Of a stretch of 37,919 nucleotides of DNA, positions 36,127-37,919 are shown one piece after another. The stretch's first letter is position 1; each line of letters begins with the position of its first letter. The notes under the pieces were generated by a model, which saw only the letters and a list, made by a program, of their open reading frames with translations, searched no databases and had not been told where the DNA came from. Both the position numbers and the translations under genes were made by a program. Source of the stretch: Octopus bimaculoides (Eukaryota); assembly GCF_001194135.2 (NCBI RefSeq), contig NC_068983.1, forward strand, positions 126,502,912-126,540,830. The letters are read 5' to 3'.

Positions 36127-36214
36127 GTAAATCTACATTAATTCACATATTTATTTTCTTTTGATTTACCTTGCATTTACTTCGCATTGTTTTGGCTACA
36201 CAATGCTTCATAGG

Positions 36215-36217
<3 letters not shown>

Positions 36218-36288
<71 letters not shown>
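36218..36288. repeat. (AT)n(AG)n compound microsatellite
   Basis: Direct reading. Confidence 0.95.
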
Positions 36289-36290
<2 letters not shown>

Positions 36291-36469
36291 ACAAAGTAAG
36301 GAAAGGAATTCCTTTGAAGGGGTGTGTAAAACATCCAATTCACTGGTACGTCAGTTGAATACCACAGAAATATGGGTATACTACAGATTACAAACATGAT
36401 AATACAGATTACAATAATACATGAGCATGTAGTCAAAATGAACATGCACGCATCCACATGTCGCTAAAT

Positions 36470-37250
36470 AATATATTGGCTGCCAACCTCCAGCTTTTGT
36501 TAATATGGGGTTCTAGTGTCTTTATGAGGATAGCTTCCTCAATCCTTAGATTACTGAAATTCCTTCCATTTGCCTCAATTGTGACCGTCATGCTTTTGTC
36601 GGTGTTACGGCTTCTGTCTAGATGTTTTATGAAGGAGGAGGCTTCACCTGTTCCTTAATGCGAATATGTAACGGTCTTGTTGTGCTACCCACATAGATCT
36701 TGTTGCATTTGTTACATTGTATTCTATACAAAACAGTTACCCGTTGGCATAAATCTGTTTCACAAATGCGGTAGTTTGCTAGTGTGCGTGGATTGTTGAA
36801 ACTTGCTCATTTCTTTGCGGGTGTCTTCTCAGAGAGGGGCCGCAGTGGGCTAGTTGTATGTTTAGCCCTTCTCTTCTTATGACTCTTCAGATGGCTGTAG
36901 TTATCCTATCACTAAATGGGGGTATTTTAAGGAAGCATGTCTTGCGGTGTTTTCTGTGTGTTCGGCGTGTTTGTTCTCTTGGGTGCTAAACATAATTTTC
37001 AATAGATATAGGGTACCCGATGGTTTTCAATATCTCTAGGAAGCGTGTCGTGAAGGTCACCTTGCACTCTGTCCAGCTGCGCTTGCTCCGGATGCGTGCA
37101 AATACGTTTCTGGCGTGTCCTATTTTGGCACAGAGTGGAAGTGCTGAACTGTACTGAACAAACATAATTCTCCTGGCTGCTTTCCTGTGAAACTCGGTGT
37201 TGATCTCTTCTTCTTCCGTAATTTTCAGAGACGCTTCCGGAAATTAAAGA
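36470..37250 (-). mobile_element. Penelope-like element (RT thumb plus GIY-YIG endonuclease), degenerate
   Basis: Reads EINTEFHRKAARRIMFVQYSSALPLCAKIGHARNVFARI (PLE RT thumb), then LYRIQCNKCNKIYVGSTTRPLHIRIKE (GIY-YIG, ~36655-36732), then NLRIEEAILIKTLEPHIN. Confidence 0.9.
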
Positions 37251-37551
37251 AAAAAAAAACATTGGAAAAGCGATTATAGCAGTGGCTCGATCAATTGCTA
37301 GGGATATCTGAAGAAGTAATTTTTGTATTTCGAAATATTATATCAGAGTATGGATCGAGCGAACTACAATATACACACATATATATATGCTATTTAAATC
37401 AGTATGTACCCATATATGTATTTATTTATTCATACTTATGTATGTATTTGTATATGCAATTTAAGTTAATATGCGCCTATTTACTTATATGCTTATTGAA
37501 CTTTTATATACATTCATCTTCTGTACATTTTAAACTTATTCCTAAACTTAC

Positions 37552-37588
37552 CTGATTCTCTCCCCTCCTATATTTATTTCAAGCACGA
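37552..37588 (-). CDS. Candidate 37-nt internal exon (unverified)
   Basis: Minus strand: gattttgtttag|TCGTGCTTG...GAGAATCAG|gtaagt, a perfect donor consensus. The phase-1 frame reads xVLEINIGGERI. Confidence 0.25.
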
Positions 37589-37691
37589 CTAAACAAAATC
37601 GTACATGCATAATTGCGTATGTGAGTGTAAGCATATGTGAGTGTATACATATGTGTGTAAATATGTATATATACATATGCGTGTGTGTGTT

Positions 37692-37919
37692 ATTTCTTTA
37701 CTACCCACAAGGGGCTACACACAGAGAGGACAAACAAGGACAGACAAAACGGATTAAGTCGATTATACCGACCCCAGTGCATAACTGGTACTTATTTAAT
37801 CGACCACGAAAGGACGAAAGGCAAAGTCGACCTCGGCGGAATTTGAACTCAGAACGTAGCGGCAGACGAAATACCGCTAAGCATTTCGCCCGGCGTGCTA
37901 ACGTTTCTAGCAGCTCGCC
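37692..37919 (-). mobile_element. Well-preserved tRNA-derived SINE (octopus-type), head at the window edge
   Basis: The reverse complement reads ggcgagctgctagaaacgttagcacgccgggcgaaatgcttagcggtatttcgtctgccgctacgttctgagttcaaattccgccgaggtcgac, with pol III A/B-box motifs. Confidence 0.93.

Noticed and set aside
36290-36480. Hammerhead ribozyme in the region 3' of the Penelope ORF
   Set aside because: ctgacgtaccagtgaattgg lacks the CTGANGA and GAAA core motifs.

Overview
AT-rich, microsatellite-dense eukaryotic DNA with six N gaps (1985-2880, 6929-7751, 11280-11746, 20048-20593, 27577-27586, 34109-34871). The tRNA-derived SINEs are of the types I recognise from octopus genomes, so a coleoid cephalopod origin is likely (inference). 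I recognise no host gene with confidence. The identifiable content is mostly decayed transposons: R4/Dong LINE pieces (one at a (TAA)n tract), a near full-length RTE relic, a CR1/L2-like RT relic, a Penelope RT/GIY-YIG relic, a full-length maT-like (DD37D) element with TIRs and TA TSD, a Tc1-like DD34E transposase, a Tip100-like hAT element with a second inverted copy of its terminus 21 kb away, a Chapaev3 transposase remnant, several MITEs and five SINEs. The most striking structure is a 610-bp non-autonomous element (18019-18628) with 37-bp TIRs, a perfect 8-bp TSD, an inner inverted repeat and a central (CCCTAA)n/(TTAGGG)n palindrome. Several short splice-site-flanked segments could be exons of an unrecognised gene, but these are weak and need RNA-seq. 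All translations and alignments were done by eye; no database search was run.
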